Assembly (NCBI GenBank): GCA_030390025.1
Contig: CM059431.1
Location: forward strand, 122,514,001 to 122,578,000
Direction of reading: 5' to 3'
Length of the DNA stretch: 64,000 nucleotides
Origin: Squalus acanthias
Taxonomy: Eukaryota
The notes under the pieces are model-generated. The model saw only the letters and a list, made by a program, of their open reading frames with translations. It did not search any database and was not told the DNA's origin. Each line of letters starts with the position of its first letter. Within the stretch, counting starts at the first letter, position 1. This document shows positions 49,221 to 62,610 of this stretch, piece by piece. Made by a program: the position numbers and the translations under genes.

Positions 49221-50967
49221 AATGTTGGCTTTCCTGATGACTCAATGGCTTCAGTTACAGTGGCAGAGCAGGAGCAGCTCCAAGAAAATTGCTGTCCAAA
49301 GACCTGTCATAGCACCATAGGGGGAGAAATTTGTGTTCGCCAGTAAAGTTGCTGGTGTCACCGGCAACTGGAGTTAACAGCTGTTGAAAATGGCTGCAAC
49401 GCTAATGGGGCAAAATTCAACTGGGGGGCAGGAGATTGTTGGTGCAGCGCGTACCGTCCGTGCAATGCCATCCTGGTGGCGTTGCTGGAGGCATCCGAGA
49501 CAAAGTTTCTGTCTAGGTGCGGCATGCGACCTTCTGGAATCGAGGCTGTGAAGCTGCATTGAATTGTGGGTAATGAAGAGGCCTGAGAATTAAAGGGGCC
49601 ATACATACTGAAGCGATACAAGTTAAAATGAAGTGAGACAATGCAGCTTTCAGCCCTTTCTGCCTTTTAAAAAATGTAACATTAAAAAGAATGTGAATAT
49701 TCAGTTCTCAAAGCTGAATTACCTTCCTAACCTCCAAAAATTGGAAAAATGCCTCCGCACTAACACAAATGGCTCAGCAAGCCAGGGAAGGGGCACCCAG
49801 GGTCGCACATGCAGCACTCCAGCTTTGTGCAGGGGGTCAACACTGCAAGAGCGGCCCTCTACCCACAGGAGCCAGGAGGCCCTCCAGAAAGAATGATGTG
49901 GAGCCACATCACCAAGGCTGTCACTGCCAGCAGTTTTGCCCCCTCCACCTGGCTCCAGTGCCCCAAGAAGCTCCATGACCTCAGACCACTGGTCACGGTC
50001 AGTGAATCCATCTTCAAAAGCAGTCTCCTACCAACTGCATCACTAGCCTCGCACACTGCTCAATGCACGACCCCCACCTCCAATCACTCACCTGCCAACA
50101 ATATGCACCAATCATGAGACACAGCTCCAAATCCTATCCTCACCTCCCCCCCCTTGGAGCAGACGATGCTGGCCATTCTAGGCAGGGGCATGGCTGAGCC
50201 CTTGGCCAGTGGCGGTGCTGAAAGGTTGAATGATGCTGGTATCCTCATAAGTTATCCTCCTTCTGGCATGCACCTCATGCTTTCCCACACTCCCATCAGC
50301 ACAACTCCACCCTTGTACCTTCCTCATTTCGCACACTCAAGAAATGCAGCCTGCCCAGCCAGTGGGAGACCAAGAAGAGGGAAAGGAGAATGAAGAAGAA
50401 GAATAAAAAGATTGATTTGACACTCCCAGTCACCAGCTCCTCAAGGTCAACCAGCAAGGCTATTTGCAGTGTCGCCCACTGAAAGTCAGCAGCCTTTCAC
50501 CAGCCATGCTGCAGCCACTGTTGTAGCACTGTGTGACATCAGTAGGATAGGCAAAGGAACACACAAAACACTCACTAAGATAATGCATACAGGTGATGAG
50601 TTGATTTCTTGATGTAACATTAGATAGATAGACGTATATAGGTGGATTGGAAAGTTTGCTTTATGGTGGCTTTTATTTCAGCATCATGGCCAAGAGGACA
50701 TTGTGATGGCCAGTAACAGATTGAAAGTAAGGTGTGGGACTAATGTTGAAAGGGGAATTGGGGTTGTTGTCACTGGGACCGGAGGCAGATGATTCCATTC
50801 TGGATATCCCGGCGACAAAGGGGCTGTCTGGGATGCATCCTTCTGTCTGCTTCCTCCTCTTCTCTGCCTTCCTCTTCCCTCTGTGAGCGGATGCTGTAAA
50901 TCTGAAATGACAGCATAAAATGTTGGAAATACTCAGCTGGTCAGGCAGCATCCTGACCTGAGACATG

Positions 50968-53900
50968 GGGCTGGATTTTGCCAGTGTGGGCGGGCTGGGG
51001 CGTGTCAGGTGGAAATCGTGTCAGACCCCGACTCCTAAGTGAAGTGTTGAAAAAGTGGGATTTTCCCCTAATTGGGCAATTGATTTCCTGCGTGTGGGAA
51101 CCACTGGCCCACTGAGTCTTTTCATACAGAAAGTCGCCTCCGATGACCTCATCAATGCTGCTGGATTTAAGGCCTGCAAGCAGCCTTGCTTCTTCTGGAG
51201 ACTGCAAACGCTTTGTAAATTGTATGAAGGAGTTGATTTCCCGACAATGTCCACGATCAAGCAAAAGTGTGCACCTCGGTTTGATGAGCCCTCCCTCCAA
51301 GCTCTGGTGCACGGAGCCAGATATAATAAGGAGGTGCTGTTCCCTTCCTCAGGGAGAAAAAAGCCACCCCAGCAGACAAAAGCTGTGTGGCTGCAATTGG
51401 CCGAGGAGGTCAACTCCATTTCAATGAGCCGCAGAACCTGGCCGCAATGCAGGAAGAGGTTTCATGACCTTCTCCGCACAAGAAAAGTGAGTATGACTTT
51501 CCCATCACCCTCAATCTGATCCCCATCGCCTCTCCTCACCAGCACTCTGCTTTGCCAACCTCTTCCTCCACATCTCACTTGACACTTACAGCCCTGCACC
51601 CTTAGCCATTCCCTCTCTCTCTCTCTGGTCACATTCACTTAACTATTCGACCATGCAGCCCTCACACTCCCTATTACTGTAATGCAATGACAACAACAAC
51701 TTACAACACACAGGGAGGGTCCTTTGTCTCCTTCTAAGCATCTATGCTATCGATTCTCTACACTCACTCCTTCATTCTCACTCAAACTCCACTTGTGTCC
51801 CTCATTGCAAGAAAAGAGAGCCCACAATAAGAGGGAAAGAGCCATGACAGGAGGAGGGCCACCCTCAGTAGCCCAGCTCACCCCCTGGGAGGAGGCTGCC
51901 CTGGAAATCGCTGGGATCGAGGACGATACCCAAGTGGGGGACGGACAGACGGGCAAGCTGGTGACAGAATAGTTTGGCATCTCTCTCATTGACATTGCAT
52001 GAGTCACTGATAATGAATCTGATGCTCTAACAGATTGATTTATGATCATCTGCACTATTCAATGTGCATGTAACCTTGACCTCACATCTCTAACTCTTTC
52101 CTTTACTCCCCCACAGGACCATCGAAAGCCCCCGTCCCCACTGTCCAGGAGGAAGAGCCTGAGCTTCCAGACTCCTCAGAGGAAGCTGCAACCTCTGAGG
52201 GTGCAGCATCAGCAGAACTCAGCGCACCCAGCACCAGCGCAGACCCTCACACCTCGGTGGGACCTTCACGAGATAGAGTAGTGTTGGCACCTGGTGTATC
52301 ACAGCCCACAAGTGAGCATCAGCAGATGGTGGAGACAGGGTCAGCAGTGGAGAGTCCTCGTCGGAGGGCGCAGGACTCTGCCAGCTCGGCTCAGCTGCAT
52401 GTCGACCCTGTGCCTCCGGGTCCATCCAGAAGGAGAGCGGTGCTGGAACTCCAGGAACAGATGCAGGAGCCTCTGGCAGGTTTTGTCTCCAGGGTCGCTG
52501 CGAGTGTGGAGCGAATGGAGGAGTCCATCTCGAACATGAGCAGAGCCTTTGTGGAGGCATTGGCGCATGAACGCATCACCGCGGAAAGGATGGCAACCTC
52601 CGTGGAATGGATGGCTAACTCCGTGGTAAGGCTGGCTACTGTAGAGGAGAGGATGGCTACGGCCATGGAGGAGCTTAGTCGCCAGGGTATGGAAAACATG
52701 GTAATTGTTCAGAATAGAATGACATCTCCTGAGGAGTGATGGTCAGCTATTGTGTATACAATCCAGACCTTCTGGAGTAGGACTTCCAGTGCAGAAACGG
52801 GTCCTCATGACCCCACTGAAGTGCAGCAAGGTGCTGTCAAGCCACTTGCTAGCTCTGAAGTGGGGCTGACCCATGAGAGGGATGTTGGTGGCAGACAACA
52901 AGGAAGTGGGGGCTCCTCTCCAAGCGCTCACACGACCATGCCACTGCAGAGCCCTCGGTCAGAGCCCCACCAGAGTCCTCACCCAACTGAGATGGGCGTC
53001 TCAGCCCCTGCACAGCCGCAGGAGCAGCAGACTGTTCGCGAGCCCTCACAGGCTCGCAACCCCAGAGGACGCCCGCCAAAGGCGTTGAGACAGGAGCAGC
53101 AAGAAAGTGAGCAAGGGGCCTCCACATCTGCTGAAGCCACAGGGGAAGCACCACGTAGGAGCCCGCGTAAGAGGAAGATAAAGCACAGTTAGTCACAAGG
53201 GTAGTCACTTGGGTTTTGTATTTGGACCAGCCATCATTGTCATTGTATTATAAACAGATTTGATGGCAAACTGTTGAAGTTGTGGCCTGTGTCATTTCAC
53301 AAATGGGGCTTTCACACTGAGGGCTTAGGGCACCTTGCAATTGTCAGTATGGTGGTCAGAGTGATAGGAATCCGTAGGTTCTTGTCCATTGTGGATGCTC
53401 TGGTAAGAAGGTGTGAGACAAAAGTATTTGATTGTGCAGGCTCACCAAATCTGGCCAAGATGACTGCGTCCCTTGCATCCCGAGCAGCAATGTTGTGGCA
53501 CGCTAGCGCCTTCTGGCCTGTGCAGCTTCAGATGGGTGACTAGCAGCCTGGTGCTCCTGTTGATGCTCCTGCTGTTGGTGCTGCTGTTGTTCATGGTTCT
53601 GCTGCTGCCACGGCTGGTCTTCGTCCGAATCTGATGTCCAGGAGGAAAGGAATTAAATGGTCGCCTTGCTTCTAGTATATGCCTCAGTTGAGGAAGCGCT
53701 CAGTCAAAGTGGGGAGAGGGGTTTCCCAGGAGGTCACACTGGAGATGGGTGTCAGGCTCCAAACTTCCACAACAATGAGTAGGCCTGCTAAAAGTTCGCC
53801 CAAACCTGAGACAACAAAGTTCTGCCACCTGCATATGATCATCGGTGAAAACTCTTTTGTAATGGTGGAGCTGCAGCTGTATGTAAGCAATCTAATTGTG

Positions 53901-54196
53901 AGGCCGCCAGGATTATCTGGCGTGTTCCAGAGGAGGCGTGTCGGATGGGGGGAATGTCTAAAAATCGGAAGGGCCTCTCAAAATGGGATAATAGAGACAA
54001 TTAAGTGGTTGTTAAGGGCCTTAAGGGCCTATCCCGCCTCTTGGAGGCGGGATGGAAAGGGGGTCAGAATACACACATTTGGGAAAATTGCTCGGAGGCG
54101 GGAAGTAGGCGGGATTGGGCCCGCCTGCCATTTTTTGCGATTTTACCACCTCGCCACCTCCAAACCCGCCTCCTCGTGCTTGGCAAAATCGAGCCC
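50968..54196 (+). mobile_element. Myb-only Harbinger nested in family B
   Basis: TIRs GGGCTGGATTTTGCCA / TGGCAAAATCGAGCCC; ATG/GTG TSD; empty site visible at 8635-8650. Confidence 0.85.
51247..53192 (+). pseudogene. Myb/SANT gene, three exons (51247-51486, about 51811-51952, 52117-53192)
   Basis: APRFDEPSLQALV..WLQLAEEVNS..RTWPQCRKRFHDL|gtgagt; EKRAHNKRERAMTGGG; one TGA at 52737; exon 2 splice sites non-canonical. Confidence 0.8.
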
Positions 54197-54712
54197 GTGA
54201 ACTCTGTCTTTCTCCCCACGGATGTTGCGTGACCTGCTGAGTATTCACAGCATGTTCTGTCTTCTCAAACGCCTTCATTTACCATCCAAGCCCTTGCAAG
54301 CATCCAGCAGCACTCCCTACACACTGAAAAAATTTCACATCTATTGCAGTAAGCCACCACTTCAATAATTTTTTTTTAAAAAACGTCCTAAACCTTAAAT
54401 TCAAACTTACTTGGATGAAGTGTGTGTCCCTTTAAGAGGTCCAGACATCAACACTGTCAACCCAGCACTTAATTCAGTGCTAGGGTTGAAGTTCGCGCTT
54501 GTGACGTAAAGTCGGCATTGCATGACATTTACGTTGCAATGCCGCCATTTTGTAGTGGTTGGCGCTGCCAGTTACCAGCAGCGCAAAGGTAAGGCTTAAA
54601 ACGGCAGCCGGTGTGGGAACCGCCAGCAGCTGGAAAAAGAGCAGCGGCTGCCATTTTAGCGCCAGTTAATGGCACTATGGAGTGACACTAAGGCCACGAA
54701 TTTCTAGCCCTA

Positions 54713-55125
54713 TAGAACTTTACAACATAGAAGGATGCCATTTGGCCCATCGTGCCTGTGCTGGCTCTTTGAAAGAGCTATCCAATTAGACCCACTCCCC
54801 TGCTCATTCTCCACAGCTTTGCAAATTTTTCCCTTTGAAGTATATGTCCAATTCCCTTTTGGAAGTAACTAATGACTCTGCTTCCACCACCCTTTCAGGC
54901 AGTACATTCCAGATGATAACTATTCGCTGTGTAAAAAAAATATTCTCCACATCTCCCCTCTGGTTCTTTTGCTAATTATCTTAAACCTGGGATCTCTGGT
55001 TATCAACCCTTCTACCATTGGAAACAGTTTCTCCCTATTTGCTCTATCAAAACCCTTCATAATTTTGAACACGTCTATTAAATCTCCCCTTAACCTTCCC
55101 TGCTCTAAGGAGAACAATCCTCTTC
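54713..55125 (-). mobile_element. CR1 3' fragment
   Basis: GLFSLEQGRLRGDLIDVFKIMKG plus 3' tail. Confidence 0.8.
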
Positions 55126-55369
55126 TGTTATATGGTTTCTGCACTACTTTATCTCTCTTTTATTGCTAAGGCAATGGGATTTTTGGTTGTGATCTTGGTG
55201 GCTACCTTTTCCATCTGGGGTGGCTTCTTCTGTGTTGCTTTTAGTTCTGGCTCACTGTTTTTCTGATGAGTGGCCATGATATTTTCTTCTACTGTGTTCT
55301 GTTGTTGTGACCTAGTAACTGTATGTACATCCAGTCTCTGAGAAACAATCCAGTCCCTGAGAAACATTC

Positions 55370-55580
55370 AGGGTAATATTCTGACTTTGTGCTTCCAGTG
55401 GGGAGCTTCGCCCCCTCCACCCCAAGAGCACAGACTGGAAATTCTGGCACAAGCTAAGCCCAATTTTCCAACTGTCATTTAAATGGCTGGAAATTGTGTG
55501 CAGCACGTGCTGGAATTTCTAATACGTGCTTTCACTGGGCAAGGCACTGCACCAAGAGTGCAAATCAGAAAAATAGCCCT
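55370..55580. repeat. Short MITE-like repeat with TIRs
   Basis: AGGGTAATATTCTGA...TCAGAAAAATAGCCCT; second copy at 49040. Confidence 0.65.
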
Positions 55581-55879
55581 TACATGTGATTATTATGTAC
55601 TTTTGTCATAAACTATTGTATACATTCTGCATTACACCAGCATTGTTCCTCTTTACACTTAAAATTTTATAAAAGGACTTTAGATTGAACAGTTGCATCA
55701 GTGATCGTTATGCAGACTAGAATTTTGGTATTTATATTGACAATTCTCTACAATTTCAAAAAGTCCAACTATATTAATCTGTAGTAACAATCAAATCACC
55801 AACAGTGGTTATGGTGATGTTACAATAGCAGCAGGTACATGTGCACATCTTTGCTAATAAGCTCACCAGGAACTGAGGG

Positions 55880-56286
55880 AATGATAGCATAGTGGTTATG
55901 TTACTGGCACTAATAAACCAAGAGATATGAGTTCAAATTCCACCATGGCTACTGGGGATTTTAAATTCAATTAAATAAATCTGGAATAAAAAGCTAGTGT
56001 CAGTAATGCCTGTCCTTAGCTGGTCTGGCCTATATGTGACTCCAGACCCACAGCAATGGGGTTGATTCTTAACCTGCCCTCTGAATTGGCCTAACAAGCC
56101 ACTCAGTTGTAAGCAAACCAGTAGAAAAAGACTCTCTCCCTAAAAGCACTGTGGGAGTACCTTCACCACAGGGACTGCAGCTGTTCATGAAGGTGGTTCA
56201 CCACCAGCTTCTCAATAGCAATTAGGGATGGGCAATAAATGCTGGCCTTACCAGCAATGTCCACATCCCATGAACGGAAAAAAAAA
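55880..56286 (+). mobile_element. tRNA-derived SINE
   Basis: A-box-like TAGCATAGTGG, B-box-like GTTCAAATTC, LINE-type tail and A-run. Confidence 0.7.
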
Positions 56287-56336
56287 TGCAGATTTATGTT
56301 TGGTGGGACTGAAGTGTCAGATTTTTCTGACTCCAT

Positions 56337-57170
56337 GGGGATGATTTTATCGATGGAGGCGGGACTGCTGCTTGTCGGGTTTTAGTCCCGCCTCCATTGA
56401 CGTCCGGCCAACCCACGCTATTTTCCCTTGATTGACCTTGTTAAGCCCGCCCAGCGGGCTTAGCAGGCCAATTAAGGAAAAGCCAGTGACAGAGAACGTT
56501 AGCGTATGACGTTTCATCTGTCAAAATATTTTGACAGATGAATTGTCATCATTTGACAGCTCTGTGAAGCTGTCAAATGCTGACAATCTGTCTTCTAAGT
56601 TGAGTCCTTGTACTCAAGACTCACTTAGAAAGTTTTCCTGAGCAGAAAGCAGAAGGCTGCTGCATTTAAGAATGTATCGGCCATTCTGCTTTCTCTGCCG
56701 GTGAGATGAGGCAGCTCCGCAGCCTAAAGGGATGAAGCCTGGAGGAAGAAGCAAAGGTAAGTAATCTTATTAAAACACTTTAGACTCACCTCACACACTT
56801 ACCTCTCCACACTTGCACTCATCACTCACCTGCACACCGGACATCTCGGCCCCTCTGACCCCGGCAGACCCACGGCTCACCTCGCTGACCCTGGCGAGGT
56901 TCGGAGCCGTCGGGAAGCCCACACTTTAGGTCGCAAAATAGGGATTAGCCAAAAATCTGCCTGTTAACTAGCTGTTAACAGGCAGTTAATTGGCACTAAT
57001 CCCCTTTCCGCCTCGAGGAGACGGGACCCGGCGCGGGTCGGGTATCCGCCCCCTGGAAGATGGCACGGAGGTGGGTTGGGGGCGGGATGGGTACCCGCTC
57101 CCAGATTCTGCCATTTTCCCGGCAGTCCCACCTCCAAACCCGCCTCCCCAGGGCTGGCAAAATCGCCCCC
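56337..57170 (+). mobile_element. Non-autonomous Harbinger-like family C
   Basis: Homologous to 59458-60306; right TIR CTGGCAAAATCGCCCCC; CAT/TAT flanks. Confidence 0.8.
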
Positions 57171-58074
57171 TATCTCTTTACCTTTCCTCTTCTCACTGTG
57201 TCTTCCTTTCCTCTCTGCTGCTCAAATCTATACTTTCGTCCCATTTTTGCCCCTTAAATATTCTGGAAAATTACATAATCCTCTACATTATAATGTCCTT
57301 GTCTCTTAGATTGTAGATATATACATAGGAAGAAATATAGATACATATATCACAAAGAGAAATAAAGAATACAACATCTTGGGGGGAAAAAAATCTTCAT
57401 TATGAATTGGCTGCATGCCAGTTAATTTTCATGAGAGCAAAAGAGAAAATTAGAGTATAGTGAAGCAGCTGTGATTGGCAATTCAATAAACTAGTATTAT
57501 TCTAGTTTGTGTTTATTACAGGAAAAGAGTAAATGGGGCCCTCAGAGAAAGGCCTCACTATGAAATGTTAATAAATGAGAACCACCTTAAAAGAGAGTCA
57601 GAAAAAAAAATGGGGCCCCTAGAGATAATCCTCACTGGATTGGTACCAAGCCAGAAGATTACTTTTTTTTCAGGGAACCATAGTCTCTCTATTGTAATTG
57701 TTCCACATGTCACAGTACATTCTTTATCACTCTGGGGTGCAAACACCAGGGGCTAAAAATTTGTTTGCCCCAGAAAACAGGTGTGGGGATTGCAATGCGT
57801 GATCACCCCGCGCTCATTCTAATGAATGCAGGAAGCACCCTAACTTCATGCTGCCTGCTGATTAGCATGATTGTGGCATTCAGCCCAACACGGAACACGC
57901 TGCTGAATGACTGAACACTCAGCAGGGGGCCCAAGTTTGTGCCAGGCTAGTACCAATTAAAGCTAGCCTGCACTACTTAAAGGCAGTCTGCACCTCTTAA
58001 AGAGGAGGTGCATTCTGCCTGCAGCAGCTCATTCAACTGGCTGGGGAAGAGAGTGAGAGGAGGAAAAATCATCA

Positions 58075-60632
58075 ATGATGTCACAACAGGGGATAGTGCA
58101 TGCACCAAGGTTCTCTGATGCAGTACTGAAGGCCTTGGTGCAGGAGGACAACTCGAGGAGAGAGGACCTGTTTCCACAGGGGGCCAGGAGGCCCTCCAGG
58201 CAAATGTGTAAAATCCAATGGGAGCAGATAGACCCTGTGGTAAATGCCAGCAGTATAGCCCCGAGGATCTGGACGCATTGTAGGAGGAAGTTTAATGACA
58301 TCACACGAGTGGTCAAGGTCGGTGACTTAATCTTCAAATGCCATATCCCACCATCTGCACCAGTAGTCTCACACACTGCTCAATGCACCACACCCACCAC
58401 CCCCATCATACTCCTACCAATAATCTCTACCAAACAAAACTCATACCTCACATTCATAGCTTCACCTCACCCTCACACACTTCCCACTGCTGCAAGCCTC
58501 ACACCCACATCTCACACCTTGCACACACTGTCAGCTATTCAACCACACTCACTGACACACTTCCCTTTCTCTTGCAGGAAAAGGTGGCTCACAGGACCTA
58601 ACCGGCAGAGGACAGGCGCACCTGCATAACCTGACCCATATGGCAGAGAGGGTGCTGGCCATTATTGGGAGTGGCATCACTGAGCCCGTGGCCAGCAGCG
58701 GGGCAGAACGAATACAAGATGATGGTATTCTCATAATTAATCCTCCTTCTCGCATCTCACTTCCCCCGCATCCCATAATCTCTTCCGATTTACAAGCTGC
58801 ACATGATGTAAGCATGCACCTCTTGCTTTCCTGCACCCCACCTCCCCTCACCACAACCTTACCCTTGTGCCTTTCTCCTTTAAGATAGCCAAGAACTGAC
58901 ACATGGCCAGGCATGGATAGAGGAGCACAAAATAGAAAAACATCAAGGCACTGATGATGAAGACACAGCACCATCACTCGATTTCATACTCGCAGCCATG
59001 AGCTCAGATACTGAAACTTTGCGTAGTTTAGAAGATAGGTTAGAGGCTGGATCTGCACGTGGTGAGACATTGGGCACGAGTGGCCTGCAGCCGGGCCAGG
59101 AGGAAAGGGTAGAGCAGGTGCCAGCTCCCCAGAGGGTGATGTTGCACATGAGTTCTGCTGCAGAGGACCTGCATGAGGACTTCGATGGGGTGGCCTACAG
59201 AAGAATGCTGATGGGTATGAACAATGAAATGCTTGGTGCATTTGCAGGCCTGCCAGAAAGCCTGAATGAAATGTCAAGGAGCATGGAGGAGTCCGGCACC
59301 AACCTTGCACAGGGCTTTGCACAGAGCTTGGAGCCCATGATTTCCAGCATGGCAGTGATTGGCAACTCCATTAGCACACTTGTGGATCCAACCATGATGC
59401 AGCATCTGATAACTAATGTCTCAGCTTCCACTGTAGCACAAGCAGAAGCCACCCAAAGGGCTGGATTTTGCCAGTGGGGAGCTTTTGGAGGTGGGACTCC
59501 CACTTGTCGGGTTTTAGTCCCGCATCCATCAACTTCTGGCCAACCCACGCTATTTTCCCTTGATTGACCTTGTTAAGCTCGCCCAGCGGGCTTAGCAGGC
59601 CAATTAAGGGAAAGCCAGTGACAGAGAACATCAGCGCATGACGTTTCATCTGTCTAAAAATTTTTGACAGATGAATTGTCATCGTTTGACAGCTCTGTGA
59701 AGCTGTCAAACACTGACATTCTCTATAGTTTGATGAGTTCTTGAATTCAAGACTCATCAAACCTCTTTCTTCAGCAGAAATTAGCTGGTTGCTGCATTGG
59801 AGAATGCAGGAGCCATCTGTCATCTCTGCCGGTGAGATGCGAGACTCTCCGCATCCCCAACTCTTGAAGCCTGCAGTAAGAAACAAAGGTAAGTAAACTT
59901 TTCCTAACACTTTCCACTTACCTCACATAATCACCTCTCCACACTTGCACCCATCACTTACCTTCACTGCGCACTTTTGCACCCCCCCCCGACCCCCGCA
60001 GACCCACTGCTCACCTCGGTGACCCTGGCGGGGTTCGCAGACTTCGGGAAGCCCACACTTGTGTGTGTAAAATGGGGATAATCCTCTTATCTGCCTGTTA
60101 ACTACCTGTTAACAGGCAGTTAAGTGACTGTAATCCCCTTCCTGCCTCCAAGGAGATGGGACCCGCCACGGGTCGGCTACCCGCCTCCTGGCAAGATGGC
60201 ACGGAGGCAGGTTGGGGGCAGGATGGGCACCCGCCCCCAGATTCTACCATTTTCCCGGCAGTCCCGCCTCCATACCCGCCTCCCCAGGGCTGGCAAGATC
60301 GCGCCCTACGTCTGAGTGCTGCAGTGGAAGCTCAGACTTCTGCCACGCAAGCTTAGACTGCTGCCACCGCGGCTGCATTTACCAGTGTGGTAGCAGTCCA
60401 GCAATCTGTCCGCCAACATATTACTAAGACTGCTGAGGCACCACCCCGGGGGAGTGGCAGTGGCTCAGTGGAGCACAAACCTGACATCCTAGTGCTGCTT
60501 GTCGTCCTGCAAGGCCATCTGCAGTCTCCCCCACTGAAAGGCAGCAGCCTTCCACCAGCCATGCTGCAGCCACTGGGGTAGCACTTGTAGGAGCAGTAGG
60601 ACAAGAAAGGGCACACAGAAGACGGGCACTAA
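58075..60632 (+). pseudogene. Myb/SANT gene (exons 58075-58317, about 58578-58724, about 58885-60632; exon 3 interrupted)
   Basis: APRFSDAVLKALV..WTHCRRKFNDITRVVK|gt; cag|EKVAH; EATQ/RLSAAV rejoins across the MITE. Confidence 0.75.
59458..60306 (+). mobile_element. Non-autonomous Harbinger-like family C inserted in Myb exon 3
   Basis: TIRs GGGCTGGATTTTGCCAG / CTGGCAAGATCGCGCCC. Confidence 0.85.
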
Positions 60633-60834
60633 GGAAACGCTCAAGGGTGATTCGTTGACTTTGTTATGTAATATTGGATGGATTGATGTATAAAGTTGGA
60701 TTGGAATGTTTCTTTTATGGTGGCTTTTATTTCAGCATTGTGGCCAAGAGGATGCTGTGATGGTCAGTAACAGAGGGAAGGTAAGGTGTGGGACTATTGT
60801 TGAATGGGGAATTGGGGTTGGTTTCGTATCGCAG

Positions 60835-61972
60835 TCAGATGAGTCGATCACGAACAGCCTGGGCAGAAAGGGGCTGTCTGGGTTCCCTCCTTTCTTCCGC
60901 TTCCTCCTCCTCTTCCTCCTCCTTCTGCTCCTGAGTTGGTGGCTGTCTCCCTTGTGGCAAGGGATGTGCCCTCATGATGGTGAGGTTGTGGAGTATGCAG
61001 CAGTCCACGTTGAATCTTGAGACATGCTCTGTTGAGTACTGCAGGGTTCCTCCACAGCGGTCCAGGCAGCGGAAACGTTGTTTAAGGACGCCAACAGTCT
61101 GCTCTATCAGATTGCACGTGGCAGCATGGCTTTCATTATATGCATGCTGCCCACGTGTGTGTGGGTAGCGCAGTGGAGTCATGAGCCTGGTGGTCAAGGG
61201 ATAGCCCTTGTCACCCAATAGCCATCCTCTGGTTTGTTGTGATAGCTCACAGACTAAGGGAACAGCGGACTGGCGCAGAATAAAAGCATCATGACTGCTG
61301 CCAGGAAACCAGGAAATCACCATCATGATGTGCTGAGCATGGTCGCACACCAACTGCACATTCAGCAAGTGGAAACCTTTGCGGTTGCGGTACATCTCAG
61401 TATTTAGATGCAGTTCCCGCAAAGCCACGTATGTGCAGTCGATGGCAACCCTGCACCATGGGGAAGCCCGCTATTCTGGCAAAGCCACGTGCACGCTCTG
61501 TCTGCTTCTCTCTGGTCAGAGAGAAGAAAATGAAGTCCCCTCTCCTGGCATAAAGAGCGTCTGTCACTTCTCTTATGCAGCAGTGGATGGCAAACTGGGA
61601 AATGTTACAGATGCCACCTGCTCCAGCCTGGAAGGATCCTGATGTGAATAAATTCAGGGCCACAGTCACCTTCACAGCCACTGGCAGCGCTGTCCTTGTC
61701 CTGGTGTGAGGCTGCAGGTCTGGTTGCAAGAGGTGACAGAGTTCTGTGAGCACCTCCTTCGTAAAGCGCAGACACCTCACACACTGCTCCTGGCTCAGGC
61801 TGAGGTAAGAGAATTGCTCTCGGAAGACCCTAGGTGAGTAAGTCCTACTGCTGAGAACCATTCTCCCACTCCACCTCCTCCTTCTGCGAGCAGCTTGTCC
61901 TCTTCTTTGCTGCCTCTGCTCCATTTCCCTGACATGCTGCAGGCCAAGGGGGATGACAGCTAGAGCCCCCAT
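60835..61972 (-). pseudogene. Harbinger DDE transposase with a frameshift near 61445
   Basis: RVFREQFSY..VAVKVTVALN..ARIAGFPMVQG / NRKGFHLLNVQLVCD..GDKGYPL..VGVLKQRFRCL..CCILHN. Confidence 0.9.
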
Positions 61973-62018
61973 GACTGGGAGCAAGTGGTCTGACCAGAAC
62001 CCTTGAAGTCAGAACCAA

Positions 62019-62610
62019 GGGGGTAAAAATTGGGTAGCGCCCCCTTTGGGCTGATTTTAGCGCCTCGGAAAAGTTAGCGCCCGCGCGGCCAATTTTCCCA
62101 GGTAGCTCCCCGAGAGGAAGGAGGGGCACGACTGGAAGCGCCCCGCATCCCTCTTGGGGTGCTGAGAGCCAATATCGTGGTGCTACATGGCGCTGCGACA
62201 CGTCGCGCCGCGGTACTGCAGGCCTTCCTCCCTTTATTAAAGGGGAGGGGCCTGGTGCAGTGCGTCCCGGCGCCCAGCTGGGCCACCAGAGATCGGGAGT
62301 GCTGGCAAACGAGCCCGGCACTCAAGATGAGTGCTGGGCTCACGGAGAGCAGCCGGCACCCCGCAGGGGGGCTTCACGGGGGCCGGGGACAGCAACGGGG
62401 GAAGGTGCTGGCAGGCAGCCAGCAACAAAATGGCCGCCCACCACTCCCCTTTAACTAGCGCCGCTCCGGCCGCAGGTAGTTCCCCCTGACCCCGGTGGAC
62501 ATAGCATCTGGCGGTTAGTCGGGGGGCGCCACCCAATATTACAGCCGGGGCGCGAGCGGGGCGCTGCGCACGGCGATGACGGGAGGCGCAAATCAACCGA
62601 ATTTAGCCCC
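62019..62610. mobile_element. CpG-rich Harbinger-type MITE (592 bp)
   Basis: TIRs GGGGGTAAAAATT / GAATTTAGCCCC; CAA TSD. Confidence 0.8.

Larger units (their letters stand above)
49320..54710. mobile_element. Harbinger family B derivative with a nested element
   Basis: TIRs GGGGGAGAAATT / AATTTCTAGCCC; decayed Myb gene at about 49769-50570 (+); right part equals 8400-9181; TSD imperfect. Confidence 0.75.

Noticed and set aside
55149..55367. Possible host exon (Lys/Thr/Gln-rich ORF)
   Set aside because: No recognisable domain, adjacent stops, no supported splice sites
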